The notes beneath the pieces are model-generated. The model did no database searches, was not told the origin of the DNA, and saw only the letters and a program-made list of their open reading frames with translations. Of a stretch of 64,000 nucleotides of DNA, positions 33,264-42,763 are shown piece by piece. This DNA is from an uncultured Chloroflexia bacterium (GTDB lineage Bacteria; Chloroflexota; Limnocylindria; Limnocylindrales; CSP1-4), in the NCBI GenBank assembly GCA_963752475.1, contig CAVVYR010000006.1, positions 352,001 through 416,000 of the forward strand, given 5' to 3'. A program made the position numbers and the translations under genes. Every line of letters starts with the position of its first letter. Position 1 is the first letter of the stretch.

Positions 33264-34364
33264 TTAGCGGGCGGCCGCCGCGGCGTGTCGGGCGATCCAG
33301 GTCTGGACCGCGAGGGCATCGATCGACTCGGACACCTGCAGCGTCGAGCCATCGAGGGCGATGCCCTTCGAGCGCAGGTCGAGTGCGAGCAGCTCCACGA
33401 GCGCTGCATCCAGCGCCGGGCCGGACCAGTTGCGTGCCTGTTCGGCCAGCTTCTTGGCCCGGAACGGCTGCAGCCTGAGCTCCTTCACGATCTGCGGGGG
33501 TTTGGTGCCTGCGTCCATGAGCTCGCGCATCAGGATGAGGTCACGAAGCCGCCGGTGGATCTGTGTGATGAGCACGGGCAGCGGGGTGCCGTCGCTGAGC
33601 AGGCGCTCAGCGAGGGTCGTGGCGACGCCACCGGCGCGGGTACCGACGGCATCAAGGAAGGCCCAGGTGGAACCCGGGATCGACTCGCTCACGAGGGCGT
33701 CGACGTCTTCGTGAGCGATGGACCCGCCCGGCTTGTACAGCGCCAGCTTCTCGAGCTCGCCATTGGCCAGCTCCGTGCGTCGCCGGCGATCGACGTCCGA
33801 CTCCCGGATGTGGCCGCCGACGCGCTCCGCGAGCAGGCGCGCGGCCTGTGGCTGCAGCTCGATGTCGAGCTCTTCCGCCCGGCTGACCAGCCACGGCTCG
33901 AGTCGGCCGGCCCCGGGTGTCTTGAACTCCTGCGAGACACCACCGGCGTCGGCGATGGCATCGCGCAGGGCGCCGCGGGCCGCGGGGCTCTTGGCACCCG
34001 ACGCGGTGAGGTCGGTGACACAGAGGGCGTTGCCCGGCGGGACCGTGGTCACCAGCCCGATGAGTCGCGCCCGTGCGGTCTTCTCGGCCAGCAGCCCCGC
34101 TGGCTGCCGCACGATCACCAGGGTGCCCGCGCCGAAGAGCGGCGCCATGCCCAGATGCTGTTCGATGCCGTCAAGGGCCCTGGCACGACGCTTGGCTACC
34201 GAGGCCGAACCGCTCTCCTCGCCGGCATCGTCGTCGAGGCTGGCGCGGAAGACCTCCATTGGCTCGCCCGGTGGCGAGATGCGCTCGGTGTAGTCGCGGG
34301 CCGCTCGCTCGATCATGAACGCGTCCTCACCCCAGAAATAGGCCAGCGGCGGGGTCTCGCTCAT
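33264..34364 (-). CDS. holA: DNA polymerase III delta subunit
   Basis: YFWGED, ELEKLALY, D...KG; downstream of comEC. Confidence 0.88.
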   Translation of the reverse strand: MSETPPLAYFWGEDAFMIERAARDYTERISPPGEPMEVFRASLDDDAGEESGSASVAKRRARALDGIEQHLGMAPLFGAGTLVIVRQPAGLLAEKTARARLIGLVTTVPPGNALCVTDLTASGAKSPAARGALRDAIADAGGVSQEFKTPGAGRLEPWLVSRAEELDIELQPQAARLLAERVGGHIRESDVDRRRRTELANGELEKLALYKPGGSIAHEDVDALVSESIPGSTWAFLDAVGTRAGGVATTLAERLLSDGTPLPVLITQIHRRLRDLILMRELMDAGTKPPQIVKELRLQPFRAKKLAEQARNWSGPALDAALVELLALDLRSKGIALDGSTLQVSESIDALAVQTWIARHAAAAAR

Positions 34365-35029
34365 GCGGCGGAGGGGTCGGCCGGTGTCCCGAATACGGGC
34401 AGCCCGTCGACCGACTCCTGCGGCAGCTCGGCGGGTCGCTCGCTACCGAAGGCGCGGCTCATGGCGTCATCGACCCAGCGCAGCCGCTCGACATCGGTGG
34501 GCTCGATGCCGATGGCGGTGCACAGTCCGGCTTCGAGGCGCTGTGCCACCAGGAACGCCTCGTCCAGCTTGGCGCGGTATTCGGGGTGCTTGCGGCGCCA
34601 GCGATCGAAGCGTTGCTCCAGCGAGACGACACGCTGCGTGGCGCGCTTGTCCGCGTAGGTCACGATGCGCTCCTCGAGCGGAGCCTCGGTCAGCCAGGCT
34701 TCGGCGTCGGGATCGGTGAAGCGGGTCACCGGATGGGCGATGAGCGTGCGTGCCAACTCCGGATGCCCGGCCTCGGTCAGCCAGGCTGCGCCGGCAGCGC
34801 CATGACCCAGCTCGCGCACGGGGTGGCCCGGAGGTAGCGCCTTGTCCACGTCGTGGAGGAGCGCGGCCGTTTCCGCCAAGCGCCGGTCGACCGCGAGACC
34901 TGCGCGCGAGGCGCGGTAGGCCAGGAACGAGGTGACCTCGGCCACGACCGTCATGTGTTGCAGCAGGCGCGGCGAGGGAGAGGTCGAGACGAGCAGGGAG
35001 AGTGCTTCGGTTCGGGTGGGTACCGCCAT
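34361..35029 (-). CDS. HD-domain phosphohydrolase (possibly leaderless)
   Basis: H...V, LLHDVDK, HG..GA, YADK; TGCTACATT -10-like element 7 nt before the ATG. Confidence 0.85.
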   Translation of the reverse strand: MAVPTRTEALSLLVSTSPSPRLLQHMTVVAEVTSFLAYRASRAGLAVDRRLAETAALLHDVDKALPPGHPVRELGHGAAGAAWLTEAGHPELARTLIAHPVTRFTDPDAEAWLTEAPLEERIVTYADKRATQRVVSLEQRFDRWRRKHPEYRAKLDEAFLVAQRLEAGLCTAIGIEPTDVERLRWVDDAMSRAFGSERPAELPQESVDGLPVFGTPADPSAA

Positions 35030-37511
35030 CAGGTCGAATGTAGCAGGGGTCCACGGGACTGGTGGTCGAGATGGCGGTTCGGCCGCGGCCGCCCGGGCAG
35101 GCATGCGGCAGCCGACCGGTCATCGACGAGGCCGTCACACGAGCTACGCCGTCGAAGCCGACCGAGAGCGTGCCCTGGGTATCCGTCCGCCAGACCTCCG
35201 CTTCGACCGCGGCCAGCCGCTGCAGCGTGGCGTAGGCAGGATGGCCGTAGCTGTTGCCATGCCCGGCACTGATGGCTGCCAGTCGGGGCTCGAGGACGTC
35301 GAGGATGGGCCGGCTCGAGGCCGTGGCGCTGCCGTGATGGGCCACCTTCAGCAGGTCCCAGCGATGGCCGTCATCGGGGATGATCTCGAGCAGGTCCGCG
35401 TCGTGGTCATCCTCGAGGTCTCCGGTGAGCAGGATGCGTTGCCGGCCCAGGCTCACGGCCAGCACGATCGAGGTGCCGTTGATGGCGCGACCGTCGGTGA
35501 TGATGCGATCGGGGATGGTGTGCTCGGGCGGCCAGAGCACATCGACCCGAGCCTCACCCAAGGCGAAGGAGTCGCCCTGGAGCAGGCGCATCCTGCGGAT
35601 GCCTCGTCGTTCGGCAGCAGCGCGTAGTTCGAGCACGCCGGCACCTTCGGAGTTCATCTCGGTCTCGAGGAGCCGGCTCACGCGGTAGCGCGGCGACAGG
35701 CCAGCCAGTCCGCCCGAGTGGTCCTCGTGTGGATGGGTCAGCACGGCCAGGTCGATGTGCCGGTCCCATGCCGGGATGCGCTCATCGAGTCGACGCACCA
35801 GCAGGTCCGGGTCGGGCCCGCCATCGACGAGCAGGCGGGTACCGTCACCGGCCTCGAGCAGGGTCGAGTCACCCTGGCCGACATCGAGCACGCTGACCCT
35901 GAGCTGGGGACCGGGTCTTGCGACGAGCGCGACGGACGTGGCCGCGACGAGCAGGACGGCGACGACCACCACGGGGAGACGGCGGCGGCGCGATCCCGGC
36001 AGCGGCGCGGGTCTCGACGGCTGCCAGGGTCGCGGGGTGCGGCTCGAGGGGCCACGGACGTGTCGCAGCGCGAGTGCCAGGGCCGCCCCCGCGACGGTCG
36101 CCCCGACCAGGTCGAACGGCGGAAGCAGCTCAACGTTGGCGAGCGGTACCTGTGCCAGGATGCCGGCGCCGCGGGTCATCGCCGTGAGCGGGATCCACGC
36201 CGCGACGAGCAGCGGTGCCAGCACCAACGCCGTCAGCGAGCCGGTCACGAGTGGGCCCACCAGCATTCCGACCGCGGCCCCGAGCATGGCCAGCGGCACG
36301 ATCGGCGCCACCAGCAGGTTGGCCAGCGGTGAGATGAGCGACAGCCGCCCGAAGTGGAGCAGGATCAAGGGCAGCGTGGAGAGCTGGGCCGCCAACGACA
36401 CGCCCAGGGTCTCGTCGAACCAGCGCGGGGTGCGGCCGCGCGTCAGGCGCTTCACGGTCGCCTCAGCCGGCCCGCCGAGCGCGAGCAGACCAGCGGTCGC
36501 CGCCAGCGAGAGCTGCAGCCCGATGTCATCGATCATGCCTGGCTGGGCCAGCAACAAGCCCCAGCAGGCGAGCCCCAGCGCCGCCACCGCACCCGAAGGC
36601 CGGCCGCTCTCCCGCGCCACGATGACGACACCACCCATGACTGCGGCACGGATGACGCTCGCCTCAGCGCCTGCGAGGATGGTGTAGACCACGATGGCCA
36701 CGATGACGATGAGGCTGCGCGGACGTCGTCCGAGCCCCGTCGCCCGCAGCATGGCCGTGGCGATGCCGGCCACGAGCGCGATGTTCCAGCCGCTGATAGC
36801 GACCACGTGGGTGAGGCCGGTGACGGTGAAGTCGTCGGCGGTCTCGCGACTGACGCGCTCTCGCAGGCCGATGAGGATGCCCGATGCCAGCCCGGCCTCC
36901 GGCTCGGGGATCGCTCGCGAGAGCGTCTCGTCGAGACCCCAGCGGAGGCTCTCCACGGCGGCGGTGAAGCCGCCGTCACTGCCGACGAGCCGCAGTGCGT
37001 GGCCCTTGAGTGTGCCGGCGGCGCCGCGAGATTCGAGGAAGCCGGCGAAGCCCGGAGCGTCGTCGGGTGGCAGCTGCAGCGTCCCGCGGACTTCGACCGT
37101 ATCGCCGGGCACGAGCGCCGGGTGTCGCGGCAACCAGGCGTAGACGAGCCACTCCCCGTCAGGCTCGGCGTCGAGGCGCACGAAGGCGCGTTGCTCAGCA
37201 CCGGAGGGCGAGGAGACGTCGACGACCGAGCCGACCCACTCGCCGCTCCCTGGCTCGAGCGGTGGTGAGACCGACGCTCCGAGTACCAGCACGGCGCCGA
37301 TCGCGCCCCGCAGCGCGACCGTCCCGAACGCCAGGAGCAGCGCGGTCGCTCCCGCGCGTCGGACGAGCCCGGCCATGAGTGCGCCGAGCAGCGCGGATAT
37401 CGCCAGCGCCAGCGATGCCCATGCCGGCAGTTCGATCCGGTCGCTGCCGGTGAGCAGCGCCGCGAGGATGGAGCCGAAGGCGAGCCAGCCTGCCCGGGGC
37501 AGTCGAGGCAT
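34467..37511 (-). CDS. comEC: DNA uptake channel ComEC/Rec2 (recognisable domains end near 35150)
   Basis: GLTHVVAISGWN, RAAVM, QLS, DVGQGDS, THPHEDHSGG, HHGS, YGHP, RTD..G. Confidence 0.92.
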   Translation of the reverse strand: MPRLPRAGWLAFGSILAALLTGSDRIELPAWASLALAISALLGALMAGLVRRAGATALLLAFGTVALRGAIGAVLVLGASVSPPLEPGSGEWVGSVVDVSSPSGAEQRAFVRLDAEPDGEWLVYAWLPRHPALVPGDTVEVRGTLQLPPDDAPGFAGFLESRGAAGTLKGHALRLVGSDGGFTAAVESLRWGLDETLSRAIPEPEAGLASGILIGLRERVSRETADDFTVTGLTHVVAISGWNIALVAGIATAMLRATGLGRRPRSLIVIVAIVVYTILAGAEASVIRAAVMGGVVIVARESGRPSGAVAALGLACWGLLLAQPGMIDDIGLQLSLAATAGLLALGGPAEATVKRLTRGRTPRWFDETLGVSLAAQLSTLPLILLHFGRLSLISPLANLLVAPIVPLAMLGAAVGMLVGPLVTGSLTALVLAPLLVAAWIPLTAMTRGAGILAQVPLANVELLPPFDLVGATVAGAALALALRHVRGPSSRTPRPWQPSRPAPLPGSRRRRLPVVVVAVLLVAATSVALVARPGPQLRVSVLDVGQGDSTLLEAGDGTRLLVDGGPDPDLLVRRLDERIPAWDRHIDLAVLTHPHEDHSGGLAGLSPRYRVSRLLETEMNSEGAGVLELRAAAERRGIRRMRLLQGDSFALGEARVDVLWPPEHTIPDRIITDGRAINGTSIVLAVSLGRQRILLTGDLEDDHDADLLEIIPDDGHRWDLLKVAHHGSATASSRPILDVLEPRLAAISAGHGNSYGHPAYATLQRLAAVEAEVWRTDTQGTLSVGFDGVARVTASSMTGRLPHACPGGRGRTAISTTSPVDPCYIRPDGGTHPNRSTLPARLDLSLAAPAATHDGRGRGHLVPGLPRLARRSRGRPALGGNGRAPPRRGQGATSGPPRARAGSWRCRRSLADRGRASGVGTHAHRPSGDPLHRSRRRSLADRGSARGAHRDLRGQARHAACRLAGATLRSLAPQAPRIPRQAGRGVPGGTAPRSRTVHRHRHRAHRCRAAALGR

Positions 37512-37520
37512 GCGCTGTCG

Positions 37521-38220
37521 CTAGCCGGCGCTGACGAGGCCCTTGATGTCCTCGTAGACCTTCTCGCCCACGATGCCCCGGCTACGCAGCTCACGGACGG
37601 CATCGAAGCGATCGTCAGCCCGGGTGTCGATGATCTTGCCCGCGGTCACCGGGCCGATCCCCGGGAGCGTCTCGAGCTCCGACTGGCTGGCCCGGTTGAG
37701 GTCGATGCGTCCATCATCCCTGGCCGCAGCGCGCGCCGACGGCCGGTCGACGCCCAGCTCCGGCACGAGCACCTTGGACCCGTCCTCGAGTGGCTGGGCC
37801 AGGTTCAGCGACTGGCTCGAGGCGGTCAGGTCCGCACGTGGCGCGAAGCCACCGGCAGCCTCGATGGCGTCACCGACGCGGTCTCCGTGACGCAGGCGGT
37901 GTAGCCCAGGCCGCACGACGGCACCGGCGACGTCGACGACGATCTCCGTCGACGCCGGCGCCGCGATGGGCGTCGTCTCGAACGTCGAGACACCCAGCGG
38001 CCTCCACTCGTGGCGACCCGTCGACTCCCACCGGCAGCGCTCCCAGGGCCAGGGCCACCAGGCCGGCGATCGCCATGCCGAGTCCCAGCCCACCGCACCC
38101 GGCAAGCGCCGGCGCGAGCCATCGCGGCATGACCCGACGCTGGTCCGGTCCTGGCTGGGCGTCGTTCGCATCGGCCGCGTCTGACGAGAACGCGCGCCAC
38201 GGCGGCGTCGCCTGGTTCAA
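37521..38220 (-). CDS. comEA: ComEA DNA-binding protein (one apparent frameshift near 38000)
   Basis: VDVAGAV.RPG SLBB, NLA..L.DG, HhH LPGIGPV.A; TM segment in the upstream frame. Confidence 0.85.
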
Positions 38221-38310
38221 GCGATCGCTCCTGCCGGCGGGCGAGGGCGGGGCGGAGGTGGTCGCGCCCCGGGCTCCGTGGCCGAGAGTGCGGTCGGTCC
38301 CGGGGCGTGA

Positions 38311-38344
38311 AGAAAGGCTAGGGGGCGCCGCTTGGCGCCCCCTT
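38311..38344 (-). terminator. Intrinsic terminator after the LLM genes
   Basis: GGGGGCGCC-AAGC-GGCGCCCCC hairpin followed by TAGCCTTTCTT on the minus strand. Confidence 0.6.
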
Positions 38345-38364
38345 ATGCCTGCCTTCGGTGGGAC

Positions 38365-39351
38365 TTAGACGAGTGCCTCCAGCGCCGGTCGCACCTCGGT
38401 CGCGAGCCGGCGCATGGTCTCCTGGTCGTACGGCGCCGGGAATCCGCAGATGAGGTGGCGGTAGCCCATCTCGACGAACGGCTTCAACTGCTCGGCGACC
38501 TCGTCGGGCTTGCCAGCGACCAGCCTTCTCGTGGGCACGTGACCCGATCCCGGCCGATCCTCGTCGAGGCAGGACTCACCGCGAGCCAGCAGCTCCTCGG
38601 CCACGGCCACGGCCTCGTCCCGGCTGTCGCGGATGACCACCATCTGGATCTCGGTCGTGCGCTCGATCGTCTTCTCGTTGCGCCCGAGTCGCTCGCAGTG
38701 CTCGCGCATGATCGGGTCGGACTTCTCGATGGTCTCGATGGGGTTGCCCAGGTTGTTCATGTCGGCGTACTGGGCCACCAGGCGCAGCGTGACCTTGGGG
38801 CCGGAGCCGCCGATCATGATGGGGATCCTCGACTGGATCGGCGCGGGCAGGTTGAGCGCCTCCTTGACGTCGTAGCGATCGCCCTCGTCGGATGACGGTC
38901 GCTCGCCCGCGAGCATGCCGGTGATGATCTTGAGCGAGTGCTCCAGCCAGCGCAGGCGCGTCCCCGGACGATCACCGAACTCGATGCCGAAGCCGGTGTG
39001 CTCGGGCTCCATCCAGGCGGCACCCATACCCAGCACGGCTCGCCCGTTGCTGATGTGGTCGATGGTCGTGATCATCTTGGCCACGAGCGCGGGGTTGCGG
39101 AAGGTGTTGGCCGTGACGAGGTGGCCGATGGTCGCACGCTTCGTCTGCGCCGCCACCGCGGCCATGGCCGTGTAGGTCTCGAGCGCCGGCCCTTCCCACG
39201 AGCCGATGATGGGGTACACGTGGTCCCAGGTGAAGAGCGAGTCGTAGCCGAGCTCGTCGGCTTCGATCATGGCCTCAAGGAAGCGGGGCCAATCGGTGTA
39301 CTGGTTCCAGAGGTTGACGCCGAGCTTGATCGGCGCGTTCATGTCGGGCAT
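38365..39351 (-). CDS. LLM-class (probably F420-dependent) oxidoreductase, paralog 3
   Basis: WDH, NTFRNPA, DHISNGR..LG.GAAW, IGGSG.K.TL. Confidence 0.9.
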   Translation of the reverse strand: MPDMNAPIKLGVNLWNQYTDWPRFLEAMIEADELGYDSLFTWDHVYPIIGSWEGPALETYTAMAAVAAQTKRATIGHLVTANTFRNPALVAKMITTIDHISNGRAVLGMGAAWMEPEHTGFGIEFGDRPGTRLRWLEHSLKIITGMLAGERPSSDEGDRYDVKEALNLPAPIQSRIPIMIGGSGPKVTLRLVAQYADMNNLGNPIETIEKSDPIMREHCERLGRNEKTIERTTEIQMVVIRDSRDEAVAVAEELLARGESCLDEDRPGSGHVPTRRLVAGKPDEVAEQLKPFVEMGYRHLICGFPAPYDQETMRRLATEVRPALEALV

Positions 39352-39368
39352 CGGGGACTCCTTCGGGA

Positions 39369-40325
39369 CTACTGGGCGAGATAGGCTTCGAGCTCCGGCC
39401 GCACCTCGGTCGCGAGGCGCTCGAGCGTCTCTTCGTCGTAGGGGGCAGGGAAGCCGAAGATGAGGTGGCGGTAGCCCTGGTCGAGGTAGGGCTTGCAATG
39501 CTCGACGATGTGCGAGGGATGGCCCACGGGCATGTCCGTCCAGGTCTTGGCGCCGCCGTTATCGGCGAAGACGTCAGCCATGACCGTGAAGGCCTCCTCG
39601 CGCGAGTCGCGGATGAAGGGTGAGCCCAGGCCGATCGTGCGCTCGATCGTCTGCTCGTCGCGTCCCACGTCCTCGCAGTGCGCGATGAGCGCGGCGTCCT
39701 TCTCGGGCAGATCGGCGGCTGCGCCGCCGAGGTTGTTCATGTCCGCGTACTGGGCCACGAGGCGCAGGGTCTTGCGTCGGCCGGACCCGCCGATGAGGAT
39801 GGGCACGTGCTCCCCGATAGGTGCGGGCAGGTTGAGCGCCTCGCGCGTGCCGTAGCGCCCGTCCGTGGTGGGCCGCTCACCGTCGAGCATGCCGCGCATG
39901 ATGGGCAGCGCCTCCGCCAACCAGCCGATGCGCTCGCCGGGGCTGCCCCCGAACTCCAGCCCGAAGGCCTCGTGCTCGGTCTCGAACCAGGCGGCGCCGA
40001 TACCGAGGACGGCCCGACCGCCGGAGATGTGGTCGAGCGTGGTCACCATCTTGGCCACGAGCGCAGGGTTGCGGAACGTGTTCGCCCCGACGAGCAGGCC
40101 GATCGAGGCGCTCTTCGTCGTCGTCGCCACCGCGGCCATGGCCGTGTAGCACTCGAAGATGGGGCCTTCGTGGGAGCCCACGATGGGGTAGAGGTGGTCC
40201 CAGGTCCAGATACTGTCGAAGCCGAGCTCGTCAGCGCGCTGCTGTGCACGGAGGAACGAGGGCCAGTCGCTGTACTGGTTCCAGTTGTTGATGCCCAGCT
40301 TGAGCGGGGCGTTCATGTCGGGCAT
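39369..40325 (-). CDS. LLM-class oxidoreductase, paralog 2
   Basis: Same motifs; starts MPDMNAP. Confidence 0.9.
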   Translation of the reverse strand: MPDMNAPLKLGINNWNQYSDWPSFLRAQQRADELGFDSIWTWDHLYPIVGSHEGPIFECYTAMAAVATTTKSASIGLLVGANTFRNPALVAKMVTTLDHISGGRAVLGIGAAWFETEHEAFGLEFGGSPGERIGWLAEALPIMRGMLDGERPTTDGRYGTREALNLPAPIGEHVPILIGGSGRRKTLRLVAQYADMNNLGGAAADLPEKDAALIAHCEDVGRDEQTIERTIGLGSPFIRDSREEAFTVMADVFADNGGAKTWTDMPVGHPSHIVEHCKPYLDQGYRHLIFGFPAPYDEETLERLATEVRPELEAYLAQ

Positions 40326-40338
40326 CGGTCTCTCCGTC

Positions 40339-41292
40339 TCAGCTGACCATGGCCTCGAGCCGCGGGCGAACCTCTGTCGCCAAGCGGACCATGGTCTCCT
40401 CGTCGTATGGCGCCGGCCAGTAGAAGACGAGGTGCCGATACCCGAGCTCGACGTAGCGCGCGAGCCACTCGAAGACGTCCTCTGGCGTGCCCGTGGGCTG
40501 GTTCTTCCAGGTCTCGCCTTCCTGGGCCGCGAAGATGGCGTCCTTGTCGCGGAAGGCCTGCGCGCGTGAGTCGCGGATGGTGGGCACGCCCACGTCGATG
40601 CTGCGCTCGATCGTCTTCTCATCGCGGCCGATGGCTTCGCAGTGGTCGATGAGGATGGCGTCCTTCTCGGCCACGTGGGCCGGCGAGCCGCCGATGTTGC
40701 ACATGTCGGCGTACTCGGCCACGAGGCGCAGCGTGACCTTGGGGCCAGAGCCGCCGATGAGCAGCGGCATCCGCTTCTGGACCGGCGGCGGCACGTTGTA
40801 GGCGTCCTTGATCTGGTAGTGCGGGCCGCTCGAGCTGGGCTGCGTGCCGTCGAGCATGCCGCGCATCACCGGCAGCGCTTCCTTCAGCCAGCGCAGCCGC
40901 TCACCCGGGCCGCTCCCGAACTCGAAGCCGTAGCCCTCGTGCTCATGCTCGGCCCAGCCGGCACCGACGCCGAGGATCGCCCGCCCGTCGCTGATGTGAT
41001 CGATGGTGGTGATGATCTTCGTCAACATCGCGGGGTTGCGGTACGTGTTCGAGGCCACCATCACGCTGATGGTCGGCTTCGAGGTCACCTCGGCGATGGC
41101 TGACATGACCGAGAAGGCCTCGAAGATGGGCCCGTCCGAGGGCTTGTTGGGCGGGTAGATATGGTCCATCGTCCAGAGCGACTCGTAGCCCAATCCTTCG
41201 GCCCGCAGGTGTGTGGCCTTGAAGGCCGGCCAGCCGGTGTACTGGTTCCAGATGTCGGCGCCGAGCTTGATGGGCGCATTCATGTCGGGCAT
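40339..41292 (-). CDS. LLM-class oxidoreductase, paralog 1
   Basis: Same motifs; starts MPDMNAP. Confidence 0.9.
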   Translation of the reverse strand: MPDMNAPIKLGADIWNQYTGWPAFKATHLRAEGLGYESLWTMDHIYPPNKPSDGPIFEAFSVMSAIAEVTSKPTISVMVASNTYRNPAMLTKIITTIDHISDGRAILGVGAGWAEHEHEGYGFEFGSGPGERLRWLKEALPVMRGMLDGTQPSSSGPHYQIKDAYNVPPPVQKRMPLLIGGSGPKVTLRLVAEYADMCNIGGSPAHVAEKDAILIDHCEAIGRDEKTIERSIDVGVPTIRDSRAQAFRDKDAIFAAQEGETWKNQPTGTPEDVFEWLARYVELGYRHLVFYWPAPYDEETMVRLATEVRPRLEAMVS

Positions 41293-41360
41293 CGGACGGA
41301 CCTCGTAGGCTGCGGAAGGAGGCCTCGTCAGGCTAGCGCAGCCAGAGAGCCGCCGGGGCC

Positions 41361-42512
41361 TCAGTCGGTCGCGATAAGCTGGGCCACGACCTCGTTGAAG
41401 AGCGCGGGCCAGCCGAGATAGTCGAGCGAGCCGTACGTCCGCCCGAAGCGCGCGATGACGATGTCAGAGACCGGGTCGACGTAGATGAACTGACCGTGGT
41501 TGCCGATGGCGCTGAAGGCATCGCTGTCGGGCAAAGTCCACCAGAAGGCCTGGAGCTCCTCGGCCGGATCGTCCGTCGCGTCCACGGCTGTGGCCCACTC
41601 GACCCACTCGGCCGGCCCGACCTGCTCGCCGTTCAGGCGACCCTCATCGGCGAAGAGGAGCCCGAGCTTCATGAGGTCGACCGCACGGCCGTTGATGCCG
41701 CTCTCCATCTTCTCGAAGCCGGATTCCTCGCTGTCCAGGCTCCACGAGCCCTCGGCCTCGGCGCCGAACGGCTGCCACAGGCGGGACTCGAGGTAGGTGG
41801 CAACCGGCATCCCGGTCGCGCGATCGAGGATCATCCCGATGAGCAGCGGGTTGTAGTTGTTGTAGAGGAAGGTCTGGCCCGGTGGCTCAACGATCTCCGC
41901 GCTCAATGCCGACGCGCGCAGGTCCGGTGCGTAGTACGTCGCAGCTTGGTCGCCCCACGGCGGGAACTCTTCGTAGCGCAGGCCGGAGCTCATGTGGATG
42001 AGGTCGGCGATGGTGATCTCGGCGAAGCGTTCGTCACGCTCGAGCAGCTCAGGGATGTGCTCGGTCACCGCGTCGTCGAGTGAGAGCAGCCCTTCGTCGT
42101 CGGCGATACCTACGAGGGTCGATGCGAACGACTTGGCCGTGGAGAACGAGGTCTGGATCGACTCGCGGACGGCATCGCCGAAGTACTCCTCCAAGATGAG
42201 CCTGCCGTCGCGGGCGACTAGGAAGGCCTCGGTGTCATTCTCTGCGAGGAACTCCAGCAGCGGGGTGCCTTCGATCTCGATAGACATGACCGCAGCATCA
42301 GGCTGCTCCGGAGGAGACAGCTCGAGGGGTTCGTCGGCCGGGGCCAGCGTCCGCATCGGGAAGCGCTGCCAGTCGTCGGTGTCGGCTTCGAGCCAGGCGA
42401 TGACGCGCGCGGTCTGGGAGGTGTCCGTGTTCGCCTGCGCCCAGGCATAGACGCCGACGACCGCCGGGGCGATGACGAGGACGACGAGCCCGAGGGCCTT
42501 CAGCCAGCGCAT
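41361..42512 (-). CDS. Membrane-anchored serine hydrolase (beta-lactamase class C/NylB-like)
   Basis: FSTAKS (SxxK), FLYNN (YxN), HMSSGL; N-terminal TM. Confidence 0.9.
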   Translation of the reverse strand: MRWLKALGLVVLVIAPAVVGVYAWAQANTDTSQTARVIAWLEADTDDWQRFPMRTLAPADEPLELSPPEQPDAAVMSIEIEGTPLLEFLAENDTEAFLVARDGRLILEEYFGDAVRESIQTSFSTAKSFASTLVGIADDEGLLSLDDAVTEHIPELLERDERFAEITIADLIHMSSGLRYEEFPPWGDQAATYYAPDLRASALSAEIVEPPGQTFLYNNYNPLLIGMILDRATGMPVATYLESRLWQPFGAEAEGSWSLDSEESGFEKMESGINGRAVDLMKLGLLFADEGRLNGEQVGPAEWVEWATAVDATDDPAEELQAFWWTLPDSDAFSAIGNHGQFIYVDPVSDIVIARFGRTYGSLDYLGWPALFNEVVAQLIATD

Positions 42513-42542
42513 GGTGCGTGGAGCCTAGCTCGGTGCCGCCAC

Positions 42543-42722
42543 CTAGCGGACGACGATGTTGACCAGCCGTCCACTGACGCGGATGACCTTGACCACGGTC
42601 TTGCCCTCGAGGTTGGCTCGCACCTTGGGCTGGGCGATGACGATCGCTTCGATCTCGTCCTGCGGCAGGCCAGGGGCGACCTGCACCTTGTCGCGCAGCT
42701 TGCCGTTGACCTGCACTGGGAG
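42543..42722 (-). pseudogene. leuS: Orphan 3' fragment (59 codons) of leucyl-tRNA synthetase
   Basis: Translates LPVQVNGKLRDKVQV...KVIRVSGRLVNIVVR*, the LeuRS C-terminal domain; in-frame TGA just upstream; not in the ORF track. Confidence 0.88.
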
Positions 42723-42763
42723 GCCAACCCATCACGCAAGCGGTCGGTCAGGTGACCAGATGT

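Noticed and set aside
34467-35150. Novel C-terminal extension of ComEC overlapping the HD gene
   Set aside because: The tail is an alternative-frame reading of the HD gene; probably a missed stop from an indel near 35150.
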